A stretch of 64,000 nt of DNA from Camelus dromedarius (lineage: Eukaryota): NCBI RefSeq assembly GCF_036321535.1, contig NC_087437.1, positions 105,774,001 through 105,838,000 on the forward strand, written 5' to 3'. This document shows positions 1 to 14,376 of the stretch, in pieces. The notes below the pieces were generated by a model. It searched no databases and was not told where the DNA came from. It saw only the letters and a list, made by a program, of their open reading frames with translations. The translations under genes and the position numbers were made by a program. How positions within the stretch are numbered: position 1 is the first letter of the stretch; each line of letters begins with the position of its first letter.

Positions 1-259
1 AACTAAAGGCCTGTATGTGTAAACTGTAAAAAATACTTATATCTATCTATCTTGAAGTATTATTGTGAGAATCCAATGAGGTAATGACTACAATATAAAA
101 CTATATAAAGTTCTATGTCCATCACATTGATTTAACATAAAATATCATTACCCATATTCTACACTTATTATTGGCAACAAAAATTGCTTCCGAGTAATCC
201 TGTCACTTTAATTAACAATAGAGTTGTTTGGATTATTTACTTCTTATGGATTTAACAGA

Positions 260-760
260 AATTTTTTCTGCTGTAAGTGGCACAAGCCCAACTCAAATCA
301 GCTCATACATGGTGATGTTATTGGTGCAGATTATTAAGAGGTTCAGGAAGGATCCTTGTTTCAGGTGCGAGATGAGCTGGCTCTCATCCTGTTGCTCAGT
401 TCAAGTTGTCTCTGCTTCTGTTTTTATGTTTTCATACATCTCTGCTTCAGATAAGCTCTTCTCACAACCAGGAAAGATGACATCCCCAAATCCTCTAATT
501 CTACCCTCCCACCTAGTGATCTAAAATGAAGATAGATAGCATTTTCCACAATTCCCAGTGGAAAAATGCAGAGGGAGATTTTCACTGGCCTGGCTAAGCT
601 GTTATGCCCATTTGTTAAGCAATCGTTCACTCGTGGAGATGCAGAGTTATACTGGATGAGCCTGGATCTCTTTCCAATCCTGTTGCAGGGGAGAACAAGA
701 TCAAGATCTGGAGATTGACATCCCAACAGGCCCACAAGTGAGAAGTATCCCAAAGATCCA
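260..760 (-). mobile_element. Old MaLR LTR fragment (MLT1K/L-like)
   Basis: Diverged similarity to MLT1 reverse-strand motifs (cccaactcaaa..., ttcactggcctggc...tgcccat); boundaries approximate. Confidence 0.45.
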
Positions 761-1284
761 GACAAAAAGGAATGAAGAATTCAGTCTCTGCCGTTGACTA
801 TGCTTTAGTTGGAATTGCTGAAAATAACCAAATGCCAAAGTATGAAACTAACATTAATAGAATCGGAAACGGGATATGGGAAATTTAAATTGAGTAGAGC
901 AAATGTTGGTTGATTTTGGCAGTCAGGCACTTCTATTTTTGCTATGAAGCACTGGACATCCAGAAGCACAAGGAAGAAAGAAATTGAAAAGCGGTTCTGA
1001 AAGATAACAAGAAAGAGGTAAATGCTGCCTGTATAAAGTACCGTCTCCAAATTTGGCAACAAGTGATATGTGCTTATGGCTTTCCTGAAATGGTTTGATG
1101 GTTTATAAGCTACAAAATCCAGCTTTTCTTAATTCCATCTAATGTTTCCAACCCCACAGTCCTACCTCTCCAGGACAACGCTAGCATATTCCTCAGCATA
1201 TTCGAATCCTACATTGAGAAGATAAAAAAGCAGTGAAGGAAAATAAAGATCTGTATGTGAGATGACCCCAAATCTTACATTCTG

Positions 1285-1864
1285 CTGGATTGAAAGAATC
1301 GATACTGTTAAAAAGGTCACACTGCCCAAGGCAATCTACAGATTTAATGCAATCCCTATCAAATTACCCAGGACATATTTCACAGAACTAGAACAAATAA
1401 TAATAAAATGTATATGGAACCACAAAAGACCTAGAATTGCCAAAACATTACTGAAGAAAAAGAAAGAGGCTGGAGGAATAACTCTTCCAGACTTCAGACA
1501 ATACTATAGAGCTACAATAATCAAGAAAGCATGGTACTGGTACAAAAACAGACATATGGACCAACAGAACAGAATAGAGAGCCCAGAAATGAACCCACAA
1601 ACTTTTGGTCAACTAATCTTCGGCAAAGGAGGCAAGAATACACAATGGAATAAAGACAGTCTCTTCAGCAAATGGTGTTGGGAAAACTGGACAGCAGCAT
1701 GTAAAGCAATAAAGCTAGAACACTCCCTTACACCATACGCAAAAATAAACTCAAAATGGGTCAAAGACTTAAACATAAGACAAGATACAATAAACCTCCT
1801 AGAAGAAAACTTAGGCAAAACATTATCTCACATACATCTCAAAAATGTTCTCTTAGAGCAGTCT
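1285..1864 (+). mobile_element. Young LINE-1 ORF2 internal fragment (end of RT to before the CCHC knuckle), uninterrupted reading frame
   Basis: ORF 1262-1873 encodes [16 protein letters not shown]...[14 protein letters not shown]...AWYWYKNRH...[13 protein letters not shown]...[11 protein letters not shown], the classic L1 ORF2p sequence; truncated at both ends with no poly(A). Confidence 0.95.
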
Positions 1865-3659
1865 GTTTTCTAAACATTTTCTAAATATTATTTAACAGTT
1901 CTTTTTAAGAGATCTTTCAAACAGAATTAAACTTTTAAAAGGTCAATTTTTGTGGTACTTTCTTGGAGCATGTAAGATAAAATTAATGAGAGAACTTCAA
2001 AAAGACAGACCCCTCAATTTTTTTTTTCCTAAAGCATGTGGTAGGTAGAACTGAATTTCTCTTAAAAAATGGTTATATTTTGTTTCTTCATTGACAATTT
2101 AGTGTAGTGATTATTTCTATCAGGTTGAATGTGGATGTAACTCCAGAGAAGTTGGAGTGATAAAAGCTAGGAATTGCTATAAATGTTAAAGTATATTTTG
2201 CTCCTTACAGTACATTCATTTCTCTCTTCAGGGAACTAACCGCTTGTTTCCTTGCATTCTCAAAATGTGGTCATTTAAAACAATTATAATAATTTTGTGA
2301 GCATATTCTTCCTCATGTACTCATTAACTTAGCTGGAATTAAAATTTTAATAGATACCACTATGACCAGAGTCACACATTTTACATGTAAGTAATTAAAA
2401 GTTAGAACAAAAATAGTACACCTATTTACCACTTCATTTGCTGATTAATTAGTAGCATTTGGAATCAGGTCAGCCTACAGAACAAAGGCATACTAACTAA
2501 ATTTAAAGAAAGGCTTCAGAATTTGAATTTTTCCTAGCCTCCAGGATTTGTTTCTTTGTTTTTGAAGTAGTGCTTAATGTTCAGGAAATATTCTAATTAT
2601 CATTCATTACAGTTTCAATAAACAGAAGAAAAACATACTTAAAATTGTTTTAGTGGGGTTAATTTTGAATGAATTAATAAACTAAGGAATTAATAAATAT
2701 ATAAATTGTAATGAGTAATGAATACATAAAATAAATTCTTCCTGAAAACAAATTTTCAGACATTGACTGTGGAACTACCCATGCTTTCGTTCCCAAATGG
2801 CAAGTCATTTGGTCCTTTTCTTCCAGGCTTTTTTCCTCTCTCATCTGTGGGCCAGCTGCCATCTTTCTTAAAGAAGACTACTCATCTGTCTCTGTAATAT
2901 CCCTTAGGTGACACCAGCATTTGGTAGATTGTCTTATGTGTGAATGATAAGGCATGCCCTCAAATTCTAGAAGCATCTGATTAAGAAAAGTGCTTAACCT
3001 TTCAGTGTTTACTTTAAACTCACTGAGCCAATGACTGTCCTGAGCAAGCTAACTGATCTCTGTAGTGGCTGATGAAATCAACAGGGCAGAGACCAACTCT
3101 TGATTGTCCTTACAGTAGCATATCAAAAATATAAATAATCTAAAGGGTGAATAAGATCAAATATGCTATCATGTCCAGAGCTATGTCTTCATTTTTCATT
3201 CTTCCCTGGCCAATAGACTATACAGATTGATTTAAGTTTAGTGGATCAAATGGTTTTGACCAATAGTGGTGCCAATTAATGGGTACAAGATATGTTAGGA
3301 TTTATTTAATATTTATATCATCTTTATGTGATTAAATTAGAGTCAATAAAAGATAAATGGTAACAATTTTCAAGTATACACTATAACAGGGATATGCAAT
3401 TGCAATATTCTTTATAATTCTTTCTAATATACAGTTAACAACACTTATCTTCCATAGTACACAAAATAAGTATCTTAGAAATATGTTGACTTTCATAATG
3501 AAGCTACACTGATATTCAATACTAGTGTGGATAATCTACAAACTAAAATATCTAAGTATACAAGTTAACTATATGTATAGATTGCTCAGGAAGATTACAC
3601 TCCATGTGACCTTAGAGATAATCACCTCAATCACAGGAACAATGTGCTTGCATGGTTCA

Positions 3660-3810
3660 TTTACTACCACACCTTTAAGTTGGGTTTATTAATACAAATT
3701 TTACTTGGGATAAAATTGGAATTCAGAAGTATTAAATAACTTGTCAGGACACATGGATAAAGTTTCACTGATTTAAACACAGGTCTGTTTTGTAGGAACT
3801 CTTATCTCAT
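3660..3810 (-). mobile_element. MIR SINE fragment
   Basis: Core-like ttttacttgggataaaattggaattcagaagtattaaataacttgtcaggacacatgg. Confidence 0.55.
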
Positions 3811-5369
3811 AAGACTCTACCATGTGCCACACAATTTCTTATAGGCATTCATTTCATAAAGGCCTCACTGGCATTATTAACAACAGTCTACAACACTGAC
3901 TTGTTTCCTTGTGAAGATGGCTTTGGTGGACATAACTTTCTGGCCACACTACTGCAGTTTAAAGTAAGAACCTAGTTCTTCTCAAGCACGGGTAGAGTGT
4001 AGCTTCTGAATTCTTCTGTGTGGCAACTTAGCTGATACCAAAGAATGGTTCTGAACTCTACTTTATTATTTTTCTACATTTTCATAGCCAAGTATACATT
4101 TGGCAAATCCCTAAAAGGTTTTACTCTTGCTGCAAGGCAAACATTTTCCTCTTTCTAACATGAATTTTCATTACCTACTTCCAATGGACTGGAAGATTTA
4201 GAAATAAAATACTGTCCGACCCTTTGAGATAGAAAATTGAGTTAAATTTCCCCTACACAGTACCTGCTCTCTAGGGACTGCATAATTGTTCACATCTCTA
4301 AAATCTTGTTGCTGATATATACGAGTGGAAAAGAAGCCAATTCAGGAAGGAGATGGGTCAAGATGTGCAAAGGGTAAATTCCATTAAAATGGATTTACAA
4401 TTCAATTATACAAGATTCAAGGTACTAGGCAAATTATTGGGGTTCTTCATAATTATTTCATTAGAGTGGAATTTCACTGAATTGAAGAAAAGGAGTTATT
4501 AGCTAGATCTTGAAAAAAGTTAAAGATCACTGTTCTAACATGATTTGACTTGTTTATAAAGCATTTCCTAAAGCCAGTTTCATCTGTCATAGCTTGTTGC
4601 AAGAAGTTTCATTTTAGCTTTTCAAGAAATGCCGAACTGCTAAATAACAAAGGGGAGCTTCATGTGTATAATTCTGCTGAGCAGAGACTGCATGTGTTTT
4701 TATTTGCAGATTCGTGAATAATAGCATTTTCTGAAAAATTACAACTCAACAAATTACTCATAACATCAAAATGTTACTTTAGTAAATAAAACACAAAGCA
4801 GTACTCAAATTATGTGTTATTCAGAACTTTCAGCTAAAAAATAGTTTTTATTTATTAGCATTTTTTCTAAAATGTATCTAAGAATTCAATTGAGAAGTGG
4901 GTAAAACTGAAAAAAGGAAAATATGAAAACAAGATTTGGATGTTACAAAGCATGCTTCACATTTACAGCTCAAGTTTGCTTTCTTCACTTAAATGACTAG
5001 TCCTCCAGTTCAGCAAAAATCAAAGGTATAGAAAAGTAGTTGAGGAAGGACTGGTAAATCCTTGAAGAAGCGATGTAGATATGTCTCTTGAGGATTTTCA
5101 TCACATTATATATGGAAATACTTGACTACTAGTTGGAGCTGCGGCATAATTCTGAAATGAAGCCTTATGAGTCAACAGGAGCCTAGAGAAGGGAATCTGA
5201 AACTCTACATTCTGTTAACAGTTGAACTTTCACTCATTATGTAATTTTTTGAATGTTATTTTTTTTTTATCATTTCTTTTATTTCTTTTCTTTCATTCCT
5301 TCCACAAAGAAGAATTAGCTCTTTCTCTTCTGGTTCTTTCAGTGAAGTTAAGATCAATTCTTTCTGAAC

Positions 5370-5770
5370 ATTTATTCATTCATTCAAAGATTTTTTTTTT
5401 TAATTAAGTACCAGACCTTCTTCTGGCACTGATGACAGAACAGTGAACAAGAAAGTCAGGTCCTGTTCCCCTGGAGCTTGGCATGGAAGCCGGAAAGCAA
5501 ATAATAACTTGAGTTTTAAAAATTTAATTAGATGAATGTGATAGGGATTGAAAATACATAAGAGACTTTGCTAATATGGACTCGAACCAGGAGTCATTTT
5601 GAGTTCAGTGTTAGGTAAGGTCTCCTTGGGGAAATTATATTAACTCTAATGCGTGCATTTTATAAATGATCCAAAAATATTATAGATGCAGAAAATGGCC
5701 AGTGTAAAGATCTAAGGAGGCTGGGATTGTAATACTGAATAAAAGAAAGAATTCCAATGTGGTTATAGCA
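5370..5770 (-). mobile_element. L2 LINE 3' fragment
   Basis: (ttca)n tail followed by cagtgaacaaga...cctgttcccctggagcttg, the typical L2 3' end in reverse orientation. Confidence 0.6.
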
Positions 5771-5779
5771 GAAGGACTT

Positions 5780-6600
5780 GACCCCCAGTGCCCCATCTCT
5801 AGAATCAGTCATTTCTCCGAGGAGCCCTATTTCGTTTTACTGGAGTATGGAATTAGAAACCAAGATCTAGACACTGAGTGTGTTCTTTACTATGGAGATG
5901 TCATGCTTGTAGGTTCTTTCCACAAACAAAGCTAGAAAACATACGTACGTATACTAACTCATGCATACATACTTATCTATAATTATTTATGTATCTTCCC
6001 ATTTATAGCTATACTAAGCTAAACCTCAATGCGTACTGATGTTTCTGACTCTAAGCCAGTACCACATGGTTTATTCTAGCCTCTTGCCCTTGCTAATCTG
6101 TAATCTCTCTTTCCAACAGTGAGAAACCTGTCATCCCCCACCTGCCATACATTTATTTATTGTTCAATCCTGGAATTCATGTACATCTGTTTCAGAATTA
6201 TTAACCTGTACTTCTGTGAGAAACAGTTTTACCAACCAGTGGAGTGTTTACATACAAATCCTTTTGTCTTTAATCCTGTAATTTCCAGCCCAAATATCAT
6301 GTTCCAGTGTTACTTAGGTCAGCTCCTTTACCCCTCGCCACTTTAGTGAAGATGTGTCACTCATTTGCAATATAGTTAATTATTTTAACATAGTCTACAT
6401 TCCTTCCCAGTATCCCCTGATATTCTGGTTGATTCTATTTTTAATTTGCTTGCCTTAGATTTAATTTTTCTGGTGTGAAGGTCTCTAGTTTTTAGACATG
6501 CAAAATGTCAGGTATCCACTACTAGGGTACCAAACAGACTCTCTCCATCATCCCAAAATTCTCCTCTGTTTCCTCTAGTCAAGCATTACCCTCTCCCCTC
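5780..6600 (-). mobile_element. Old L1 (L1MC/L1MD-class) 3' region
   Basis: gaatcagtcatttctccgaggagccc...agaaaccaagatctag; reverse homolog of the L1MD-type sequence at about 44850-44970. Confidence 0.7.
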
Positions 6601-6964
6601 GCCAAGGTTCTTGGCTTAAGCAACTGAATAAATTATAATATTATCTTTGAAATAGGGAAGGCTATGGCTTTATTCAGTTTAGAGTTATTGAGTCTGAGAG
6701 ACCTTATGATATTTAGGGTCAAGAAGTTTTTTTGTACTCTGCTCCTGCCGTGATCAGTTTACTCTGAATTTCTGTAGATGTGCCCTGGATGTTTCCAAAG
6801 ATATGATGTGGAAGAAGAAAATCACTGAGAGAAGGTACAAAAGTGAAGTGAAATGCACTGTATTTCTTTTCTCAGTTCAGAGAATACACTAAAACCTAGA
6901 AACAGCTATATTCAATGTCTGTAGAAAGGTAGTTGAAGACATGTATGTGTAATAAACTAAAAAT

Positions 6965-7105
6965 ATATATTGTATAACACAGGGGAATATAGCCATTATT
7001 TTGTAATAACTTTTAATGGAGCTTAATCTATAAAATATTGAATCACTATGTTATAAATCTGAAACTATATGATATTGTAAATTAACTATACTTCAATAAA
7101 AAAAA
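6965..7105 (+). mobile_element. Cetartiodactyl-type L1 3' end
   Basis: tgtataacacaggggaatatagcc...tgaatcactatgttat...ctatacttcaataaaaaaaa. Confidence 0.8.
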
Positions 7106-7129
7106 TTTTAAAGAGAAATAATTTTAAAA

Positions 7130-7300
7130 CTTACTAGTTTTGGAATCATAAGCCAAAGTCTAAACCAAGTCTGTGCAGTCTTAATTATGATTCATCATCT
7201 CTGAGTCAGTGTCTTTACCTACAAAGGACGCATCATCTTAGGCTTATCTCAATAAGCTTGTTAGGAGGATTAAAAGATAGACAAGTTTGGAATACATTTA
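7130..7300 (+). mobile_element. MIR SINE
   Basis: tggaatcata...tctctgagtcagtgtctttacctacaaa...ttgttaggaggattaaaaga. Confidence 0.55.
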
Positions 7301-8825
7301 AAAATTTTTTAAATAAGTTATATCTTTCATTATTAGTGTTTTTAAGAAATAGAAATGCAAATGTCATAGTCACTTTCAAACATCATGGTAATTTTTTTTT
7401 CAGCAAGGAAATCATATAGAGAACAATATATATTAAAAATATATATGATGTTTCAAACTTATTCTTAGAGAAAAAAAAATCTATAGCAGTTCCCAACTGA
7501 ATTCTCTTGGAAGCAGTGATTTTTAAAAATTCTATCTTTTGGAAAGAAGAAAACAGCTTCAACAGTATACTTCACTAATTCTCAATTTTCTCATAAGCAA
7601 CTCAGATCTTAGGATTAACGTGAACTATAAAGAAAAAGAAAATACAAATGATCTGTCTTCAAACTTTTCAAGGAAAACCATAACCCTTGATTTAATCTTC
7701 AAATTCTAACTCTTAGTATTGTTAGTATTAAGCAATACGAAAAACAACTCATGTGCTATGTGCCTAAGACTTAAATATTAATTTTGTTCACTGTCTGGCA
7801 AAGATAGAGTCAGACAGACATGCTGCATGTAGTAGTGGTGGCTGTGACTTTGTGTGAGATCAGGCCAGAGTCCAATAGTTGTTCCATGACTCTCCCTGGC
7901 ACACTATGGAGTGAAGTGGTAGCAGTAACACCTTGGTAGTAGCCCAACAATAGAAAAATGATGGTCCTGCTTGAAGGCACATTTTAGATGTCATTTCACA
8001 TAGAACGCACATACACTAGAGAGTGGGGAAAAACTTAGAGGGGTTTCTAGCTAAAATCTAATGAATTAGTTAGCAATCTTCCTCTTCGAATGAAAATCTC
8101 TAAATATAATTTTAGGTCACATTGTGCAAAATGTACATGGAAAATCAAAAGTGCATATGGAACAGATGCTTGAAAATGTTATTTTTTTTCCTCCAGCAGA
8201 ATCTGAAAATGGAAGTCGTTATTGGAGCAATAGGCATAGTTCTTACAGTGATCAGCATGAAAATTAGTGAATGATTATTAGAAATAATCAAAGTTTGTAT
8301 AAGACTGTTTCATTTTACATCTATGAAAAATAAGTACTTTTTTCTTAATCTTTCAGCTTCACACTGTGGGCTGCTAAAAGATAAATAATCTCAGAAAGTG
8401 CTATATAAACAAGTTAACAGTAAAAGTGCTTCTAAATATAAAGGGGGAAATTGTGGCAGTAAGATAATGGCGGGAGTGTGATACACTTGCCAAATTCTAA
8501 AGCAGCATCCTGATCTAAATTTAGGAGGCTGGCGGTGGATCAAATGCTGGATGGGGAGTTAAGAAAACTATCACTCTAGTCATGCATGTGTGCCAGGGTT
8601 GTGCTGGCAAGAGAAACCTGCATGCTTAACGATCATAAAGAGAAAAAGGGAGAAGAGTGTGCTGACCATTTGTCCTAATTAAACGTAATATGCTGCAAAC
8701 AAGTAAACCCAAGGACATGTTTTTTCTCATTCCCAGTAATTATTGCATGACAAGGATGATCTTGGGGGACACTCTGTTATCCCCTATGGATGGAATATTT
8801 ACCTCTCCTTCTCTGTAGACCAGGA

Positions 8826-9217
8826 TGCTATAGATAGAATGTTTATGTCTCCCCAAACGTTATCTGGTAAATCCTAACACCCAAGGTGATGGTCTTAGGA
8901 AGTGTAGCCTTAGGGAAGTGATTAGCTCATGAGTGGTGCTCTTATAAATAGGATGAATGTCCTTATAAAAGATACTCCCAGAGAACTCCCTTGATCCTTC
9001 TTCCATGAGGGCACAGCAAAAGGATGGCCCTCTATAAACCAGGGAGCAGTCTCTCATCAAAGAACAAATCTGCCAGCACCTTGACCTTGACTTCCAGCGA
9101 CTTCCAGTGCCTTGAAATTGGACTTCCAGCGTCCAGTACTGTGAAAAATAAATATCTGTTGTTTATCAGCCACGTAGTCTATGGTATTTTGCTACAGTAG
9201 TTTGAAGGACTGAGACA
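8826..9217 (+). mobile_element. MaLR solo LTR (MLT1A-like)
   Basis: Starts tgctat, ends gactgagaca; contains gtgatggtcttagga, ttggacttccagc, aaataaa and gtctatggtatttt; small internal gacttccag duplication. Confidence 0.85.
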
Positions 9218-9734
9218 TGGACTTTCCATCTGGTTAGCTTCCTTGGATACAGACCCAGGAGGACATTGTGTCATCAGTCCTGACACTGGGATGGGCTAGG
9301 ATGGCGTGTCTCTGCATGACTCCAGTACTTGACCATGGCACACTGGAGAATGACTGTGATAGCCTGATACATTTCCTCCCATATTTATTCATTCATTCCC
9401 TGGAATTATTGAAAACCCCTAAATAAACTGTAAAAACCTTTACATATTACACATATGCTTATGGTTCTTAGAAATGTACATTAAATATACTTTGGTAGAA
9501 GAACTCGTATCAGGGCGTTCTGGCTGTTCCTTCAAAGCAGCTGTTTTGTAAGGCACAAGATAAGTACCCAGATTTTGTAACGTAAGAAAATAGACCAGAG
9601 ATAGACCCAAGTGCATGCCTGAACTAACCATTTCACAAAAAAAGCACTTCATTTAGGAAATGAGTAACAGATAATTCAAGAAGCAGTGGTAGGACTCTTG
9701 GTTAACTCTCAACATTACTGTTGTTCAGAAAGAG

Positions 9735-9960
9735 TTATGGAGTCAGACTCTGTACAGTGTGCATCCTAATTTTGCAACCTACTTGCTCAGTGACTTTTGG
9801 AAGATTGTTTAAACTTGTTCTGCTTCAGTTAATTTATCTTTAAAATGAAGATAATACTACCAGCTGAGAAATTTTGAGAATTTAATGATACCATCTGTAC
9901 ACACTGCTTAGAAAAGCACTTGACCATAGTAAATGTCCAGAAAATGTTAAATATCATAAT
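9735..9960 (+). mobile_element. MIR SINE
   Basis: tggagtcagact...cttcagttaatttatctttaaaatgaagataata...catagtaaatg. Confidence 0.7.
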
Positions 9961-10701
9961 TATTAGAAATACTAGATCACTCCCTCACTAGAAAAATTTG
10001 TGCTAAATATAAAAGATTTTAAAACAAAAATTTTATCTTAGAGTGAGGAAGGTCTCTCTAAGGATAATTGAACAGCTGGTAACATAGAAAAAAGTTATTT
10101 TTAACTAAAGATATTTTCTTAGGGTTCTTGATATTATTACAAAAATAACATATATAAAGCTTTTAGTGGATTGTGTGAAATAGGTTAGAATCCTGTAAAT
10201 GTTAGCTTTAAATGTAATTTTGGGAACTGAGAGAGACGATGAGAAACAAAGGCAATAAAAAGAAAAACAAATTAAAACCCAAGTGGTATCTTTGATAACT
10301 CATTAATGATAGTGTATCATATAAAGAATTATGAATAAGAAGGCACATATGAGGTTCTAGAATTAGAGACAAAATATACCAGTGTATAGAATATGGTCCC
10401 AAATTATAAATTTATATTTCTATGTGTAAATGTAAGTGTGTTTGTGTGTTCTTACAAGATGGAGAACACCACAGAATATATGGAGAATATTATTAAGGAT
10501 TTTCTCAAAATGATAGAATGATGGGTACTATTAATGAATTCTTCCCTAATTTACAGTCTCTCTAATTTCCCACTGTATTTATTAATCATACAACCAGATA
10601 ACATTTCTTGTTATAAAAAAGCAGATCACTCTGAAAACGATGACAAAATATAATCCAGTCAAGGAAAATTGTTAAGGCATTTTCTGAGATTCAAATAAAC
10701 T

Positions 10702-11176
10702 TGTCACTGATCAGGAGCAATGCTCCAGATCTTGCCTTGCTCACAAGCTAACAAGTCAGCCTGTCACAGCATCATAGGTACAAAGAGACATGAGGTTTCT
10801 GGGTCAGAGTGAAAACAGTTGATTACACACTGCTATAGCAAGGGCCAGAGTGACATGGCGCACTGGTTTCCTGAGTTCCTATTCTTACAGGACAACACAA
10901 TGGGGGTCTGGTGTTTCCTGCCCACTCACTGGGATGACTCACAGGAGAAGGACACTGATGTTAGTAAGCCTCTGATCTTATACCAGTGCTGCTGGTAAAC
11001 TGACCCAACTTCCTCCCCAGAGAGAGAGAAAGACATTGCCTTTGTTACGCTGGAACTTAAATCTGCTCCAGGGAGGAGAACGTCTCCCCCTTTTCAAGGC
11101 TACTTGCTTATCCAAGCATTCTGAAAAGAAGTGAGACCCATAGAAACTTGAGATATCAAAGAACTGTCTTCCAATA
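10702..11176 (-). mobile_element. ERVL-type solo LTR (LTR40/41-like)
   Basis: acaagctaacaagtcagcctg...ctgggtcagag motif; TG start; 5-bp TSD-like aaact/aaacc flanks. Confidence 0.6.
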
Positions 11177-14100
11177 AAACCATATCTCTAATTTACAAAG
11201 ACATATTAAAGTGGGTCTATTTGAAGATGCAAATTCACTAAAGCATTTCATATATGGAAACTGCTATCTTGGAAGTCTGGCCATACAATGTGTGTTAATA
11301 TGGACTCAGATATATGGTATTGAATTTCTGTTTAGCTCTTTTTTGACCTACTTTTCCCCTAATTTATCTGTTTATAAGAAACCCCCCAAAATGTTTCATG
11401 GTAATCAGGGTTTCAGCTCACAACTTTAGTATAATTGAAAAACTCAAATGAACGTTACGGAGTTCTTTTAAAGTAAAAGAAAAATACAGTAGAAGGCTGT
11501 TTGTGGGAATTCACGTAGACTACAAAGATAGAGCTGTTGGCCAACTTTATTCCAGACTCTGAATGTACTTATCAGTCTTCTTTACTTTATTGTCCACAGG
11601 CAGTTCATAAAGCTGAAGCGAGATGAAATAGTAAAGACAACAACATCATTGATACTCAAGTGCACAAGGTCAAACGTAACAAGGAGATCAGTTAATAAAA
11701 GTTGTGCTGTGATGTGTTGAGTGCAAAAGACTGGCTTTTGTTTTGTTTCATTGTTCACCAAAGATGAGATTTGTTTTTGTCACTCTTCATTTCAAAAATG
11801 CACACCGTAAGATAATTTTAGGTGAAAAATGATATGGATAAGAAACGTAACTATTTCTTTAACTTTTTACCTGTGACTTTTCACTCATTTAAATATACAA
11901 ATTGGCTTGACCCTGCCCACCGGAAGTCAAGGAATTGCACCTTCATTTATAATCTATAGACACAAGAGTTGCCTGTGTTTTTTGTTTGTTTGCTTGTTTC
12001 CCTGATGCTGCAGGGATTAATAGATTTATTGTGGAATGTAAGCCATGGTGAAGCTAAGAAGTCAATTCACTAAGGGGGAGGTCTGAGCTTGTTTATGTGC
12101 ACAAACAGGCTTCCTTATACAGGCAGATAGAGGGAGAAAAATGGTTACAGTAACTTTAGCAAAAGAACTGAGTGTCACACTAGCCAGAAGTTGATTTCAA
12201 AGGAATACAGACAGAACAGCCCAAAACTCCAGGGTCTCAGGTGGGCAGCATTTGTTCAAGCACCTGGAAGACCAGAAAACCAACTGTGGGATATCAGCCT
12301 CTCCTGGAAGCCAAGAAAGCAGAAGGGAACTGGCATTGACTTTTGAATGAAGATGACTCCTAATGTCTCCAGGAACCATGAGCCCTGTTGGTAGATACTT
12401 AAGAGTGGGTTTTTGGCAGGATTCTCACGTCCCACATTATACTCTTTTTATTTGTTTCCTGTAACCTCAATTTGAGAGCACATGCAAATGGTGACTATTA
12501 ACCTCAGGTACCTAGAGAATACTGAAGGAAGACATTGTTTAGCAGAGCTTTGCCTCTACTTTCCAAGTCTTACTGGTGGAGAGCTGTCTCCTTCACCCAC
12601 GTGTCTGCCATTAGGTGTTTCAGTTCAGGTACTTCTGACACGGAGCCAGCTCTAACCTCCACTGCATCTACTCTAAAATCTTCACACTTAACTTTCCAGG
12701 ATGCACATTTTCTTAAATAAACCAGTCTCCTCTCAGTTTCTTCAATTCAGTCAAAACTGTGTGTTCCACTTTCCCCATATATTTTTGCTTGTTAGTGTAT
12801 TTCTTGAGCAGTTTTCATATTCTTTCCTTTCTGTGAAATGTTTAAAAAAAAATACTTGGAACCACCAAATTGTAAAGGTGTATATTTTCACCTGACAGTT
12901 ATACCACAATTAGGCTGTCCAGTTATGTTGGGAAAAGTGAATGGATAGTTTGTATGTGTTTTTAGAATTAATCATGGAGAAGAGTTGCTTTTTTTTTTTT
13001 TTAAGCAGTTAGTCCTTGACAACTAGTTTGATACCATCACTTATTCTGGGTGACCTGTTTCACCAGCAGGCCTGTTACTCTCCATGACTAACTGTGTAAG
13101 TGCTGATAATGGAATAAATTGCTTTTCTGCATTAAAAAAAAAATGGAGCCAGCTCTGGGTAAAATTGCAAAGACAATATTTATCTTTGGTGATCTCTCTA
13201 TTTGGTGCTGAGAAGTCCCTTACACTCTGCTCTTTTTCATTATTAAAACCCATTTTGAAGAGTGCCTGCCTTTAATTGTATTCCCTTTTCAGTCACCTTC
13301 AAATAGAGTCACCAAATAACCTCAACTTCCAGTAACCTGTACAGTTGACAATAATCACTTCTGCTAGAATTAATTGCACCTAAAATAATAATTTTTCAAA
13401 AGCTCTGCTTTTTCCACTATGTGAAAATTATGGAGAATTCTTAGAGAATAGAAGTTATTTTGAGAAGTAATATTATGTATTTCAATGTCCCTGAAATCAA
13501 TCATCACAAGTGCTATCTTGTTCCACCAAGAAATTAGTCCAGTGTCTTAGTGGATAAGGATCTTTCTAATTTTTTATGTTATAATATTCCTAGAAAAGAG
13601 TAGATTTTACAAACATCTGTTAATAATAATGATCATTAGATCATTCATTGACTCATCTAAGGATTCATTATCTATTACCCATGAATCCTTATACAAAACA
13701 TCATAATAAACTTATTGTGTATAAGTATTTAGCTATAAAATTAGACAGAAATTGAATCACAATTAAATTAAATTAAAATTAGAGTACATCAAGAAATGTC
13801 AAATACAATGGCATATTTATTAATTTGACTGTGAAAAAATCCAAAGTAATTTTCCTTCTACCTATCTGCACAAATGGAGCACTTCATTTTTAGAAACGTC
13901 TTTACATCTATTTGAATCTGTGTGGTTGAACTTGTCAGTAACTAGTGCACTTTTATAAGTTTATTTCAAGATAGTAGTTGTTGATTTTTTAATTGTTTTT
14001 GTTGTCACTTTTAATCCTGAGGTGATTAAACATTTCACAATCTTATTTTTATTTCATCTAGTTTAGTTGCTTCAAAATTAAAGTGTACAGAGTCTAAAAA

Positions 14101-14376
14101 TTCATGATACAACATATGAAAAAATCAGAGAATCCACAGATGTCATCAATAGGCAAGTAGTCACAGACAACTGTGACAAGGATTTTAACATTTACACAAC
14201 CCCTCAAAATGTATCAGCAGAGTTTGTGTAAGAATCTCAAGGTCTTGTCACTAATCTTTTTTCTGCAGAAAAGGAGTAAATATTCAAGATTGTAGTTTTT
14301 TACTTACTTGTACTATTATAGCAACATGAGCCTTTTTAGTCTTTGTTCTCTAAACTAAAAAGAACATTCATTACAT

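Noticed and set aside
1262..1873. 203-aa host gene
   Set aside because: It is an L1 ORF2 fragment; start and stop come from the flanks
11575..11810. Plus-strand acceptor (tttattgtccacag) with downstream gtaaga
   Set aside because: No convincing reading frame or partner exons; such sites are frequent by chance
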